From an uncultured Chloroflexia bacterium (GTDB taxonomy: Bacteria > Chloroflexota > Anaerolineae > CG2-30-64-16), in contig CAVZDU010000005.1 of assembly GCA_963774265.1 (NCBI GenBank), forward strand, positions 489,671 to 553,670: 64,000 nucleotides of DNA, given 5' to 3'. Made by a program: the position numbers and the translations under genes. The notes under the pieces were generated by a model. It was not told where the DNA came from. It was given only the letters and a program-made list of their open reading frames with translations, and did not search any database. How positions within the stretch are numbered: position 1 is the first letter of the stretch; each line of letters begins with the position of its first letter. This document shows, piece by piece, positions 51,964 to 61,470 of the stretch.

Positions 51964-53565
51964 TCAAACAGCGAACTTGCTCATGTTTGTCTTCGCACAA
52001 CTTGTCAGTAGACGGACAGATGTCGAACTCATTCCGCAGCAAACGGCGGTCGCCGCTGAATTTGACCCAACGACCGTCCGGCACGATGACTGGGCGAGCA
52101 CCCAGTCGACCACCGGCAGTGACGCCACCGGCACGTCCAGCTTGACCAGCGAAGCCGCCACCCAGCCCTTCTTCCCGTCGGCCAGGGTCACCGCCAGCCA
52201 GTCGCCGGCCTCGGTCCGGCCGGTGACCACCATCTGAACTCCCTTACGCACTACGCGAGTCTTCGGGTAGTTCGTGCCAGGCCCAGTCCGCACATTGAGC
52301 GTATCGGTGGTGACGACAGCACGCGGCAAACTGGCGGTGAGGGTGGCGGCGGGCGTGGCCGAAGGGCGGAGCGTTGGGGTGGCAGTGTCTGTCGACAGCA
52401 AAAGCTCCGTCGCTGCCCGAGAGCCTTCGGCTACCGGCATAGCCGTTGCCTGCTGGCTGACAGCCTCCGAGGTGGTCGCCGTGACGAGCCCTCGATTCCG
52501 AGAGAACGCGGGCAGCTTCAGACCCATAGCCGGCAGCAGCAAGACTGCACCCGCTGCCACGATCACCAGCACCAGCATTAGGGCCGCAAGGCGGGCGCCC
52601 TGGCCCACTTCACGTCGCGGAGCTGGGCGTGCCGGGATCGCCGGCAGGTGCATGGGCATCGACCAACGCTCGATCTCAGCGCCGAGCGATGCCGGCAGGG
52701 TCGTGCTGAACCAGGTCTCGGTCTTCGACTCGGTGCTGGTCTTGCCCTTCTTGTCTTTCTTGTCCTGCTTGAGCTCGTCCCAGTGCACCGTGGTGACAAG
52801 GTTGTAGTCACTCCGGCCGCACTCGCATCGCGACAGGTCGAGCTGGATCCGGGCGGGATCGGTGACGCGGATCGGCACGGCCTGGAGTGGCAGGGCCGAT
52901 TCGCTGGCCAGCGCTTCGACGAGCGGCGGCGCGCCCTCGATCGGGATTGTCGTCGTCTTTGGTGTGCCGTACCAAGTCTCGCACGATTCGCAGAACGGGC
53001 TCTTGTAGGACCCGGCGGCGGTCATCGTGGCACCCAACAGGACAAGCAGCCCGTCGATCACCATTAGCCCATAGTTGAACGGCGGATCGACCGTCTCCAG
53101 AATCCGCGAGCTCTCGTGGAGCGGCGCGTTCATCAGCACAGCGGTTCCCATGAACGCCGTGTAGGTCAGACCCCCGGTCAGCAACCCAAGCAGGCCCGCG
53201 ACCCAGGGCTTCCGACACTTGCCCACCCTCGCCCCCGATGCCACTGCGCTTCCGGCGACCGCGCCGATTAGGAGCGGATAGCCGATGCCGACCATCAACG
53301 CGGGGAAAATGAGCACGAACACGGCCACTCCGTTGCCGACCAGCCCCACATCTGACAGCCAGGCGGCGACCGCCGCGCTGAGATGGGTGGTCTGGATGCC
53401 GATCCAACGCGTGACCGCGCCCCCGAAGTAGCCACCCCCGCCAGCGATCAGCGCGGCCGGGACGCCGACGCCAACCATCAACGCCAGGGCTCTAAACGGG
53501 AGTCGTCCGCTGAATTGGTAGGGATGGCGCCACGAGGCAGCCTTGACATCCGGAACGTACGGCAT
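51964..53565 (-). CDS. Multi-TM membrane protein with CxxC/CxC region and C-terminal SH3b (start uncertain, possibly 53727)
   Basis: Hydrophobic helices, PFCESCETWY, RCECG, TM, LNVRTGPGTNY..GWVAA. Confidence 0.7.
   Translation of the reverse strand: MPYVPDVKAASWRHPYQFSGRLPFRALALMVGVGVPAALIAGGGGYFGGAVTRWIGIQTTHLSAAVAAWLSDVGLVGNGVAVFVLIFPALMVGIGYPLLIGAVAGSAVASGARVGKCRKPWVAGLLGLLTGGLTYTAFMGTAVLMNAPLHESSRILETVDPPFNYGLMVIDGLLVLLGATMTAAGSYKSPFCESCETWYGTPKTTTIPIEGAPPLVEALASESALPLQAVPIRVTDPARIQLDLSRCECGRSDYNLVTTVHWDELKQDKKDKKGKTSTESKTETWFSTTLPASLGAEIERWSMPMHLPAIPARPAPRREVGQGARLAALMLVLVIVAAGAVLLLPAMGLKLPAFSRNRGLVTATTSEAVSQQATAMPVAEGSRAATELLLSTDTATPTLRPSATPAATLTASLPRAVVTTDTLNVRTGPGTNYPKTRVVRKGVQMVVTGRTEAGDWLAVTLADGKKGWVAASLVKLDVPVASLPVVDWVLAQSSCRTVVGSNSAATAVCCGMSSTSVRLLTSCAKTNMSKFAV
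52126..52424. repeat. ~300-bp linker+SH3b module, copy 2
   Basis: See 45746-46044. Confidence 0.9.
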
Positions 53566-53947
53566 TGCCACTTCAGCCACCTCTTCTCTACCAGCGGGTG
53601 AATCGTCCAGCCACCCGGAGAACGATAATCCGCCCAGGCTGCGAGCATCGCTGGGCGCGCTGACATCGACGACCTCCCATTCGTCCAGCGGGTTGCCGTC
53701 GTGGCGCGTGCAGTCCGGCGCCTCCATCGTGGAGTAAGTTCCGGGGTCTGGGCCGGTCAGTTTGCATGAGTTGGGCAGCCTAACGTCTAAGCTCCGACTC
53801 GGCAATACATGAATGTTTTCCCGTTGACCGGTGGTTGGGGGGACAAAAAAGGCTTCCAACCCCCCAAGACGAAGGTGTCCTGGAATGGAAGGGAAGCCAT
53901 GAGGTGACGATGCGACTTTGTGAGGCGGCCCATCCTTGAACAGAGGC

Positions 53948-53994
53948 ACGCGTCGTTGTTGCTTCACAATAGCACGACGCGTATGGGGTGTCAA
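53948..53994 (-). promoter_or_regulatory. Promoter with inverted-repeat operator for the surface-protein cluster
   Basis: Minus strand TTGACA-17 nt-TATTGT; ACGCGTCGT/ACGACGCGT arms flank the -10. Confidence 0.6.
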
Positions 53995-54028
53995 GCTTTT
54001 CCCAAATCAACAAATCGGAATTCCACTC

Positions 54029-54080
54029 TTGACAAAGTCAGAATAATGGTATAGAATACTCTGTAGTACAGAGTACTCTA
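54029..54080 (+). promoter_or_regulatory. Promoter and palindromic operator of the ABC-2 operon
   Basis: TTGACA-17 nt-TAGAAT, then palindrome TACTCTGTA-G-TACAGAGTA. Confidence 0.7.
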
Positions 54081-54093
54081 AAGGAGTGATCCA

Positions 54094-54663
54094 ATGAACA
54101 TCTCCCCTGACGAAGCCGAAGAAGCGCTGGCGGCCATCCAAAGGATGACGCAGAAGACCCGCCACTCGATTGCCAGCAGCGGCGCCTACATTTTCCTGAT
54201 CGTCACGGGCATCATCTGGCTGGTCGGATTTCTGTCCACCCAGTTCCTGACCGGTGAAATCGTCGCCTATATCTGGATCGGGATGAGCCTCCTTGGCAGC
54301 GCTCTGTCCATCCTGCTCGGCACCCGGATGGGCACGCGCGTCCGCGGGCCATCAGCCGCCGCCTCCGCAAAGCGAGCCGGCATCTTCTGGCTGCTGCTGG
54401 TCTTCTACGGCATTGCCGCCATCGCCATCGCCCGGCCCACGGACGGGAAGCAGGTGACCATGTTCATCATCCTGTTCATCATGATCGGCCAGCTGGCCAT
54501 GGGCCTGCTGCTCTCTTTCTCCTCCATCTGGTGGGCGCTGCCGATCACCGCCCTGGCGCTGGTCGGCTACTTCCTGCTGCCCGGTATCTTCTATCTGTGG
54601 ATGGCCATCCTGGTCGGCGGCGGGATGATCGCCCTCGGCCTGTACATCCGCTCGAGGTGGTAA
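54094..54663 (+). CDS. Membrane protein (about 6 TM)
   Basis: AAGGAG RBS; hydrophobic; typical partner of the downstream wHTH regulator. Confidence 0.8.
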   Translation: MNISPDEAEEALAAIQRMTQKTRHSIASSGAYIFLIVTGIIWLVGFLSTQFLTGEIVAYIWIGMSLLGSALSILLGTRMGTRVRGPSAAASAKRAGIFWLLLVFYGIAAIAIARPTDGKQVTMFIILFIMIGQLAMGLLLSFSSIWWALPITALALVGYFLLPGIFYLWMAILVGGGMIALGLYIRSRW

Positions 54664-54666
54664 GCC

Positions 54667-54960
54667 ATGGCCGAGTTGAATGAAACCATCCACCAGCCGG
54701 TGCGCCTGCGCATCATGGCCGCCCTGGTGACCCTGGAGGCGGGCAACGAGGTGGACTTCACCTACCTGCGCGACCTGCTCGAGGTCACCGACGGCAACCT
54801 GGGCGCCCACCTGCGCAAACTGGAAGAGGCCGGCTACATCGCCGTCAACAAGACCTTCGTCGAACGCAAGCCGCGCACCTTCGTCGCCGCCACCGCCGCG
54901 GGACGCAAGGTCTTCCAGGAGCACGTGGCAGCACTGGAATCGATCTTGAAAAGGAAGTGA
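54667..54960 (+). CDS. Winged-helix (HTH_34, ArsR/MarR-like) regulator
   Basis: IHQPVRLRIMAAL, FTYLRDLL.VTDGNLGAHLRKLEEAGY. Confidence 0.9.
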   Translation: MAELNETIHQPVRLRIMAALVTLEAGNEVDFTYLRDLLEVTDGNLGAHLRKLEEAGYIAVNKTFVERKPRTFVAATAAGRKVFQEHVAALESILKRK

Positions 54961-54968
54961 GGCAAGAT

Positions 54969-55893
54969 ATGGACACCATCGTGCAAGTTGAAGGACTGCG
55001 CAAGATCTACGGGGCAACCGTCGCCGTGGACGAGATCTCGTTCGAGGTCCGCGAAGGCGAGATCTTTGGGATGGTCGGCCCGAACGGGGCCGGCAAGACC
55101 ACCACCATCGAATGCCTGGAAGGCCTGCGCAAACCGGACCGGGGAATCGGTCCGCGTCCTGGGCGTGGACCCGCAGCGCGACGGCCAGACCCTGCGCGAA
55201 CGCACCGGGATGCAGCTGCAGCAGTCCAACCTGCCGGACCGGATGCGCGTTTGGGAGGCGCTGGACCTGTATGCCTCGTTCTACCCCAAAGCGGCCGACT
55301 GGAAGGAACTGCTCGCCCAGCTGGGGCTGGAGGAGAAACGCAATGCCCCCTTCTCGAAACTCTCCGGCGGGCAGAAGCAGCGCCTGTTCATCGCCCTGGC
55401 GCTCCTCCCGGACCCGCAGCTGGTCTTCCTGGACGAGCTGACCACCGGCCTCGACCCCCAGGCGCGGCACGCCATCTGGGACCTGGTGCGCGACGTGCGC
55501 GCCAGGGGCAAGACGGTCCTGCTGACCACCCATTTCATGGAAGAGGCCGAGCGCCTGTGCGACCGGGTAGCCATCCTCGACCACGGCCGGATCGTGGCGC
55601 TGGACACCCCGGCGGCCCTGATCCGCGGCCTGGGGGCGGAGGAACGGGTCGTCTTCAGCCTGGACGGGGCTCTGCCGGCAGGCTTCGAAAAAGCCCTTTC
55701 CGGCGCGGTCCGGCTCGAGGTCCAGGGAGAGCGGGTGATCGTCCACGGGAAGAACGGCCGCAAGGTCCCGCTGGTGAGCGAGGTGGTCAGCCTGCTGACC
55801 GGACAGGGGATCCCGTTCCGCGACCTGCGCACCGAGCAGCCGACCCTGGAAGATGTCTTCCTGAGCCTGACCGGCCGCGAGATGAGAGAGTGA
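54969..55893 (+). CDS. ABC-2 exporter ATP-binding protein (frameshift near 55145)
   Basis: GPNGAGKTT, LSGGQKQR, LDELTTGLDP, TTHFMEEAE. Confidence 0.92.
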
Positions 55894-55901
55894 GGTGTGA
55901 G

Positions 55902-56647
55902 ATGAAAAGCCTGTTGAAAATGACCTGGATGGAAGCCAAGCTGTTCCTGCGCGAGCCGGTGGGCGCCTTTTTCACGCTGGTCTTCCCCTTGATGATGCTG
56001 TTCCTGTTCGGCAGCCATCTATGGCAACCAACCCGCACCGCAGTCCGGCGGCCAGGGGGCGATCGACACTGTTGATCCCGGCCTTGACCGCCATGATCAT
56101 CGGCATCACCGGACTGATGTCCATCACCATCACCATGGCCACCTACCGGGAGAACGGCATCCTGCGCCGCCTGCGGACCACGCCGGTCAGCCCGCTGGTC
56201 GTCATGGCCGCGCAGGTGATCGTGGTCTTCGCCATGACCTGCCTGGGCATGCTCCTGCTCGTCGCCGCCGGGAAGCTGGTCTACCACGTGCGCTTCGAGG
56301 GCAACGCCTTCAGCATGCTGGCCGGCTTCATCCTGAGCAGCCTGAGTTTCTTCGGGATCGGATTCATCCTGGCGGGCATCATGCCCACGGCGCGCACCGC
56401 CCAGATCGTCGCGATGGTGCTGCTGTACCCGATGTTGATCCTCTCCGGGGCCGCCTGGCCGCGCGAACTGATGCCCGCAACCGTCCAGAAGGTCTCGGCC
56501 TTCCTGCCGCTGACCTACGTGGTCAACCTGCTGCGCGGCCTGTGGATCGGCGAGCCCTGGGGAAATCACCTGCTGGATGTCGGCGTGCTGGCCGGGATGC
56601 TCCTGCTGGGGATTATCGTCTCGGCGAAGACATTCCGCTGGGAGTAA
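55902..56647 (+). CDS. ABC-2 exporter permease (frameshifted near 56020-56070)
   Basis: KLFLREP..FFTLVFP; RENGILRRLRTTP; LPLTY; FRWE. Confidence 0.88.
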
Positions 56648-56694
56648 TGGCCGTCATTCACCAAGTCGCCGTTCTGTAACCTTCAACCGGCTTG

Positions 56695-57558
56695 CTACAC
56701 CCCGCTGAACGCCGAGAACCCGCCGTCCACCGGCACGGTGATGCCCGTGACGAACGCCGAGGCCTCGGAGAGCAGCCAAAGGATGGTGCCCAGCAGGTCT
56801 GCTGGCTCGCCAAAGCGGCCCATGGGGGTGTGGTCGATAATTGCCTGGCCGCGCGGGGTCAATGCGCCGGTCTCGCGGTCGGTCAGCAGGTAGCGGTTTT
56901 GCTCGCCCAGGAAGAAGCCGGGCGCGATCGCGTTGACTCGAATTTGCCGTGTATACTGCTGCGCTATGTGCACGGCCAGCCACTGGGTGAAGTTGCTGAT
57001 GCCGGCCTTGCCGGCCGAGTAGGCGGGGGTGCGCGTCAGCGGCCGGAACGCGTTCATCGACGAGAAGTTGAGGATCACACCCTCGCCGCGCTGCGCCATT
57101 TGCTGGCCGAACACCTGGCAGGGCAGAATCGTGCCCATCAGGTTCAGGTCGAGCACGAAGCGCAGCGCGTCCTCGGGCAGGTCGAAGAAGCTCAAATCTG
57201 GGCCAGTGGTGGCGGTCGGCTTGTTGCCCCCGGCCGCGTTGACCAGGCCGTAGATGCAGCCGAAGCGCTCGTTGATGATCGTTGCTGCTTTGAGCAGGCT
57301 CTCTCGGTCCAGCACGTCGCCGTGCACCGCCTCAGCCCGGCAGGCGTGCGGTGATCCTTCGGATCGCGATCCGAAGGATCGCCCCATCCGCTCCAGGATG
57401 CCCTGAACCGGGTCGAGATTGCGGTCGAGGAGGACGACGTTGGCACCGACGCCTGCCAGCGCGCACGCTACCTCGCTGCCCAGTACGCCGGTGCCGCCGG
57501 TTACCACGAAGGTTCGGCCGGTGAAGTCGTAGAGTTGAGTGAGTTGTTGGAGGTTCAC
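56695..57558 (-). CDS. SDR oxidoreductase, D-mannonate oxidoreductase (UxuB)-like
   Basis: TGGTGVLG, NAAGGN, SSMNAFRPLTR.PAYSAGK, TPMGRFG, VDGGFSAFSGV; AAGGAG before GTG 57558. Confidence 0.88.
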   Translation of the reverse strand: MNLQQLTQLYDFTGRTFVVTGGTGVLGSEVACALAGVGANVVLLDRNLDPVQGILERMGRSFGSRSEGSPHACRAEAVHGDVLDRESLLKAATIINERFGCIYGLVNAAGGNKPTATTGPDLSFFDLPEDALRFVLDLNLMGTILPCQVFGQQMAQRGEGVILNFSSMNAFRPLTRTPAYSAGKAGISNFTQWLAVHIAQQYTRQIRVNAIAPGFFLGEQNRYLLTDRETGALTPRGQAIIDHTPMGRFGEPADLLGTILWLLSEASAFVTGITVPVDGGFSAFSGV

Positions 57559-57774
57559 AGGCGCTCCTTTGGATTGAAGAGATGATATCACAGCCTGATA
57601 TGACCGGAAAACGGCTGCACCGGCCCGTCGTCGGCGCCAAGGACCGGCAGATGTATCCAACTGAGATCGCCCGTGAGGTCGGTGGCCCAGATGATAGCGC
57701 CGACAGCGGACTCTCGCAGATCCAGCTCCCGCAGCGGCGAAACGCAAAGCGCCCGACTGAAACAAATCAGCGAT

Positions 57775-58350
57775 TCAGGCGGGTGATTCCGGATAGAGCC
57801 AGTGACGAAACAGCCGGGTTATGCCCGGCATGAGGTAGTACGTCATGATCGGGACCAGCATGAGCACAGTCAGGAGCATTAGCAATGGCCGCGGCCAACC
57901 ATGAATAAACCGGGAGAGTATCGTGCTGAGAACAAGAAGCGAAGGGTAGAGGGCCAGGATGGTGAGTAATGCCATCTTGTACTTGGGAGGTGCTGTCAAA
58001 ACGGCGGGTTGACCCGGCAAGGTGAACCAGGGCGCCAACCCCTCCGCCTCCTGGAACTGAATCTCGCCGATTGTCATGTCCTCTGATCTTTTCACCCATT
58101 CTGCGCGTTCTGCCGATCCCATCCAGGCTCCCAGGTGCTCGTAGCCGTCAAATCGAAGCACGATGGCATACTCCGGATGAGAGCGATCGCGGGGCCGGAT
58201 GAGATCCGTGCCCAGATAGCCGTCGAACTTCTTCACGACTCGATTGATCCCCTTGACCCACTCCTCGAAGTCATCGACACGGTCCGGCCTGACATTTCTC
58301 ACAAGCAGCACCGTGATGGGTTCGGAGCCCGACTTTCCTTCGTTTTCCAT
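57775..58350 (-). CDS. Antibiotic biosynthesis monooxygenase-like domain with two C-terminal TMs
   Basis: FEEW...FDGYLG...W..S.ER..W; WF..P..PPKYKMALL...MTYYLMP. Confidence 0.8.
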   Translation of the reverse strand: MENEGKSGSEPITVLLVRNVRPDRVDDFEEWVKGINRVVKKFDGYLGTDLIRPRDRSHPEYAIVLRFDGYEHLGAWMGSAERAEWVKRSEDMTIGEIQFQEAEGLAPWFTLPGQPAVLTAPPKYKMALLTILALYPSLLVLSTILSRFIHGWPRPLLMLLTVLMLVPIMTYYLMPGITRLFRHWLYPESPA

Positions 58351-58558
58351 CGACCACATCTCTTATCGTACCATACTTGTGTTAATTTTGTCGTACGATT
58401 ATATCTAACTTACTACTCGTTCTGTATGTTTGTATACGAGGCATATTAGAACCTGATGAAAGATCAGCAGATTGCAGGTGCATAACTTCTATGGCATAAT
58501 CGATTCGGTGGGTCCCGGGTATTCGATGAGGCAAGAAGCTGCCAAAGGAGACAGTCAG

Positions 58559-60169
58559 ATGAACTCACCTCGCAAGATCCTCGTTTGTCTGCAGCTCGTC
58601 GTCCTCCTGCTGATGGTGGGAGGAATGGCTCCGGCAGCCGCCGACAGTCCGATGCCGGAGAACAAGGTTCCCGGATGGGTGGAAAGCAAGGCTCGTCGGC
58701 TCGCAAACGGTCTCAAGCAGCAAGGCTACGAGGTTGCCCGCGGTTACTTCAAGCTCTACACCAAAGACGATTGCCCGTACTCCTACGAAGTGTTGAAGTC
58801 CTGTTTGGGCAACAATCCTGCCGCGCCTTACGTGTTGCCCGTCGTGCCTGCCTGGCCCGACGAGTGGGTGGATCGCGGGACGGCCGGCCTGATCGGACCC
58901 ACGGTGAAGGGTTACAACGCTTCTTACCGCCTCGACCCGCGCGAGGCGATCGTGATCCTCGGCGAGCTCCCACCACCCGCTCGCTACTTCGGGCTGCAGA
59001 CCTATTTGCTCTCGCGCCCGGGCGAGTGGAATAAGGGCAGCGATCAGTACAAGTTCGTGGCGAAGTACGTCCCCGCCTTGCTCAATACATTCTTCACGAA
59101 GCTGCCCAAGAACGACGAGCGCCTGCAGCTCTTCGCGGACCTGAGCGACCCCATCAACAATGTGGTGATCAAGAAGGGGTCAGGCGACGTCTGGGACCAG
59201 GTGCGCACCTTCGTCATCACGCCGGACGAGAACATGAACCGCGCGGTCCGGCAAGCCCTCGTCGGGCTTGGCATCCGGGACAAGGATGTCTTCACCGAGC
59301 AGATTCCATCCAGGCTCGGCGGCCTGCCAATGGCGGTCGGGCTCACCGAGGGGTCGGATGATTTCCTGACCGTGCTGCGGTACGCGATGCCTGTCGACGG
59401 CGGTGGGGACCGCGCCCGCTCGACTGCGTGGCGAGAACGCTTGCCTCTCGTCGTCCTGCGCATCCGGGACACGCGGCCGGCCCACAAACCGCAGCCTTAC
59501 CCGTCGGTCAAGTTCGAGACCCGGTTCGGCGCCACACCGCCCGAAATCACCTACGCCCCTAACCTCATCACGCTGGCCAAGGCCATCTGCAGCAGATGGG
59601 GACAACCCTGTGACCTTGAAGGGGATGCATTTAACCAACGCGTGCCGCCGTTGCTGAACATGCGACCAGCCCTGTCCTGGACCGGGCCCGAGTGCGTGAA
59701 GGTCGGGATGAACTGCCTTGCCCCCAATGAGGACGCGGCTTATTTCATGAGCCCGAGGCTGCCGCTCCCCGATGACCGGGTCTACGCCGTGGTCGGCGCC
59801 CTGGGCACCCGGACCCGCAACGCCACCTATGTGGGCTTGGGCCTGAACTCGAGCCTGACCCAGTTGGGCTTCGACAACATCGATGACGACAAGCTGGCTG
59901 GCTCCGCGGACCGATACCCGCAAGTGCTCAACCACGATCGCTTCTTCCTGCAGTATTTCGCCCGGGACTGCGCCGGCCTCGAGGACCTGACTGCCGGCAG
60001 CCACTGCTACTCGATCGGCGACAAGCTCCCGGACTGTTACGACCCTGCGGATCTGACGTGCGCGATGCTCGTCCTTTCGGTGCGCGATTACCTTCTCCCC
60101 GGTACGCAGCGGGGACCCGCTGCGGAGCTGACGCTCAGCCCGCGGGTGATCACGCTGAAAAGGCCCTAA
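58559..60169 (+). CDS. Secreted cysteine-containing hypothetical protein
   Basis: AAGGAG RBS, signal peptide ending APAAA, long ORF; no family recognised. Confidence 0.8.
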   Translation: MNSPRKILVCLQLVVLLLMVGGMAPAAADSPMPENKVPGWVESKARRLANGLKQQGYEVARGYFKLYTKDDCPYSYEVLKSCLGNNPAAPYVLPVVPAWPDEWVDRGTAGLIGPTVKGYNASYRLDPREAIVILGELPPPARYFGLQTYLLSRPGEWNKGSDQYKFVAKYVPALLNTFFTKLPKNDERLQLFADLSDPINNVVIKKGSGDVWDQVRTFVITPDENMNRAVRQALVGLGIRDKDVFTEQIPSRLGGLPMAVGLTEGSDDFLTVLRYAMPVDGGGDRARSTAWRERLPLVVLRIRDTRPAHKPQPYPSVKFETRFGATPPEITYAPNLITLAKAICSRWGQPCDLEGDAFNQRVPPLLNMRPALSWTGPECVKVGMNCLAPNEDAAYFMSPRLPLPDDRVYAVVGALGTRTRNATYVGLGLNSSLTQLGFDNIDDDKLAGSADRYPQVLNHDRFFLQYFARDCAGLEDLTAGSHCYSIGDKLPDCYDPADLTCAMLVLSVRDYLLPGTQRGPAAELTLSPRVITLKRP

Positions 60170-60432
60170 GGCTTCGGTTTCAGTCGGGGGAGTGAGTTTG
60201 CTTCTTGCTGGGGAGCACGAATGCTGGCTGGGGTCGCGGCGAGTATTCAGGTCGCCCACTGTACACCCAACAGGGCACTCAAGTCACGCGCCGCTCGGTC
60301 GGAGTTGATCTCATCCGTAGGGCGATGCCACATATCCCAAGCGCAGCCCGCCACCCACGCCGCTTCCACATACTGCAGCGGCACGTCCCAGAGTACGCGG
60401 CCGCTGCCCAGCAGACCTGATTCCAGTCACCA

Positions 60433-60471
60433 TGTTGCAGGTTGTCCACTTTCAACCTTCAACCTTCAACC
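60433..60471. repeat. Heptamer repeat (TTCAACC)x3 with short inverted arm
   Basis: TGTTGCAGGTTG...TTCAACCTTCAACCTTCAACC. Confidence 0.7.
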
Positions 60472-60559
60472 CACCGCTCCGGGCCCTTTCGCTTCTCAAA
60501 CGCAAGTCAATCGGCTCGCGGTTCCCAAGCTGCAACTGCAGCTTGGGAACCGCGCGGAC

Positions 60560-60859
60560 TCAACGCCGTCGTGACGCCACCCGGCTACCTCCGCCACCCC
60601 AGATCGACACGATGCCCAGCAGAAAGCCGAAGGTGTACCAACTCCCGTTGTTGTGCACCTCGTACACGTGGACCGCGTCTGAGAAAAGCGAGATGACGAA
60701 CGTCACCGGCGCGATGATGCCGTGCCAGAGGCCCAGCCAGAAACCGGCGATAGTGCCATCCTCATTGGGAACGTTGACCAGCGTGTTAGGGCCGGCGACG
60801 CAGCCCCCCAGGATGACGACGGTCAGAATCAGCAGCCCAGCGACAGACACGGTTTTCAT
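60560..60859 (-). CDS. Small membrane lipoprotein
   Basis: AGGAGG RBS; LGGC lipobox; GFWLGLWHG..P...YEVHNNG.WY.FGF. Confidence 0.8.
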   Translation of the reverse strand: MKTVSVAGLLILTVVILGGCVAGPNTLVNVPNEDGTIAGFWLGLWHGIIAPVTFVISLFSDAVHVYEVHNNGSWYTFGFLLGIVSIWGGGGSRVASRRR

Positions 60860-61117
60860 GCGCACCTCCTTCTTCAACTATTCACCAATATACTGCATGT
60901 CTGCTTTCGCAATCGGATGTGTGACCGACGAAATCCGGACAGTCCTGACAGACTCCCTTTGGCCAGGACGGCTGCACCGTCAGGGCTGATGAGGGCGCCG
61001 GCGGCACGAAGGTCAGGCTGTAGACGTCCATATCGTACGGGTAGACCACCTTCGGCTGAGCCCAGACGACACGCGCGGTGCCGTCGGCGTCCAGCGAAAT
61101 ATCACTTTGACGGGTGT

Positions 61118-61339
61118 TTATATTTCGGGGTGAACATCTGAATCCTCCCGGGCGCAAGGCCCGAATTGTGAATGGGCATGCCTGCCCAACAACGCCGCAA
61201 TCAACTCCTGCCAACCGGCAAAGCTGCACGCCTCGCCGCTCGCCAGGTCCAGCAGCCGGCCCCGCCAGCCCCCTTCCTGCCGCCACACCCGCAGCAAGAA
61301 CAGGCGGGATACCCTTGGGCTGCCCGGTTCACCGGCCAT
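61118..61339 (-). CDS. Small hypothetical protein (FLLRVW...RGRL...SGE...F type)
   Basis: Recurrent Chloroflexota-type small protein pattern; divergent from STAND regulator. Confidence 0.6.
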   Translation of the reverse strand: MAGEPGSPRVSRLFLLRVWRQEGGWRGRLLDLASGEACSFAGWQELIAALLGRHAHSQFGPCAREDSDVHPEI

Positions 61340-61470
61340 GCCTTCTTCTTTCATCTGCACCAATTGAGGTCACCTCCCGTTCATCTGCTTCCATAATAGG
61401 GCGAAATCGGCTATAATGATCGCCACCAAAACCTGTACAGAAACTGGTACAAGCGCCGCCGGTGAGACCG

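Noticed and set aside
53770-53784. GTTGGGC-A-GCCTAAC resembling integron attC core sites
   Set aside because: No complete attC fold, no repeats between neighbouring genes and no IntI in the window
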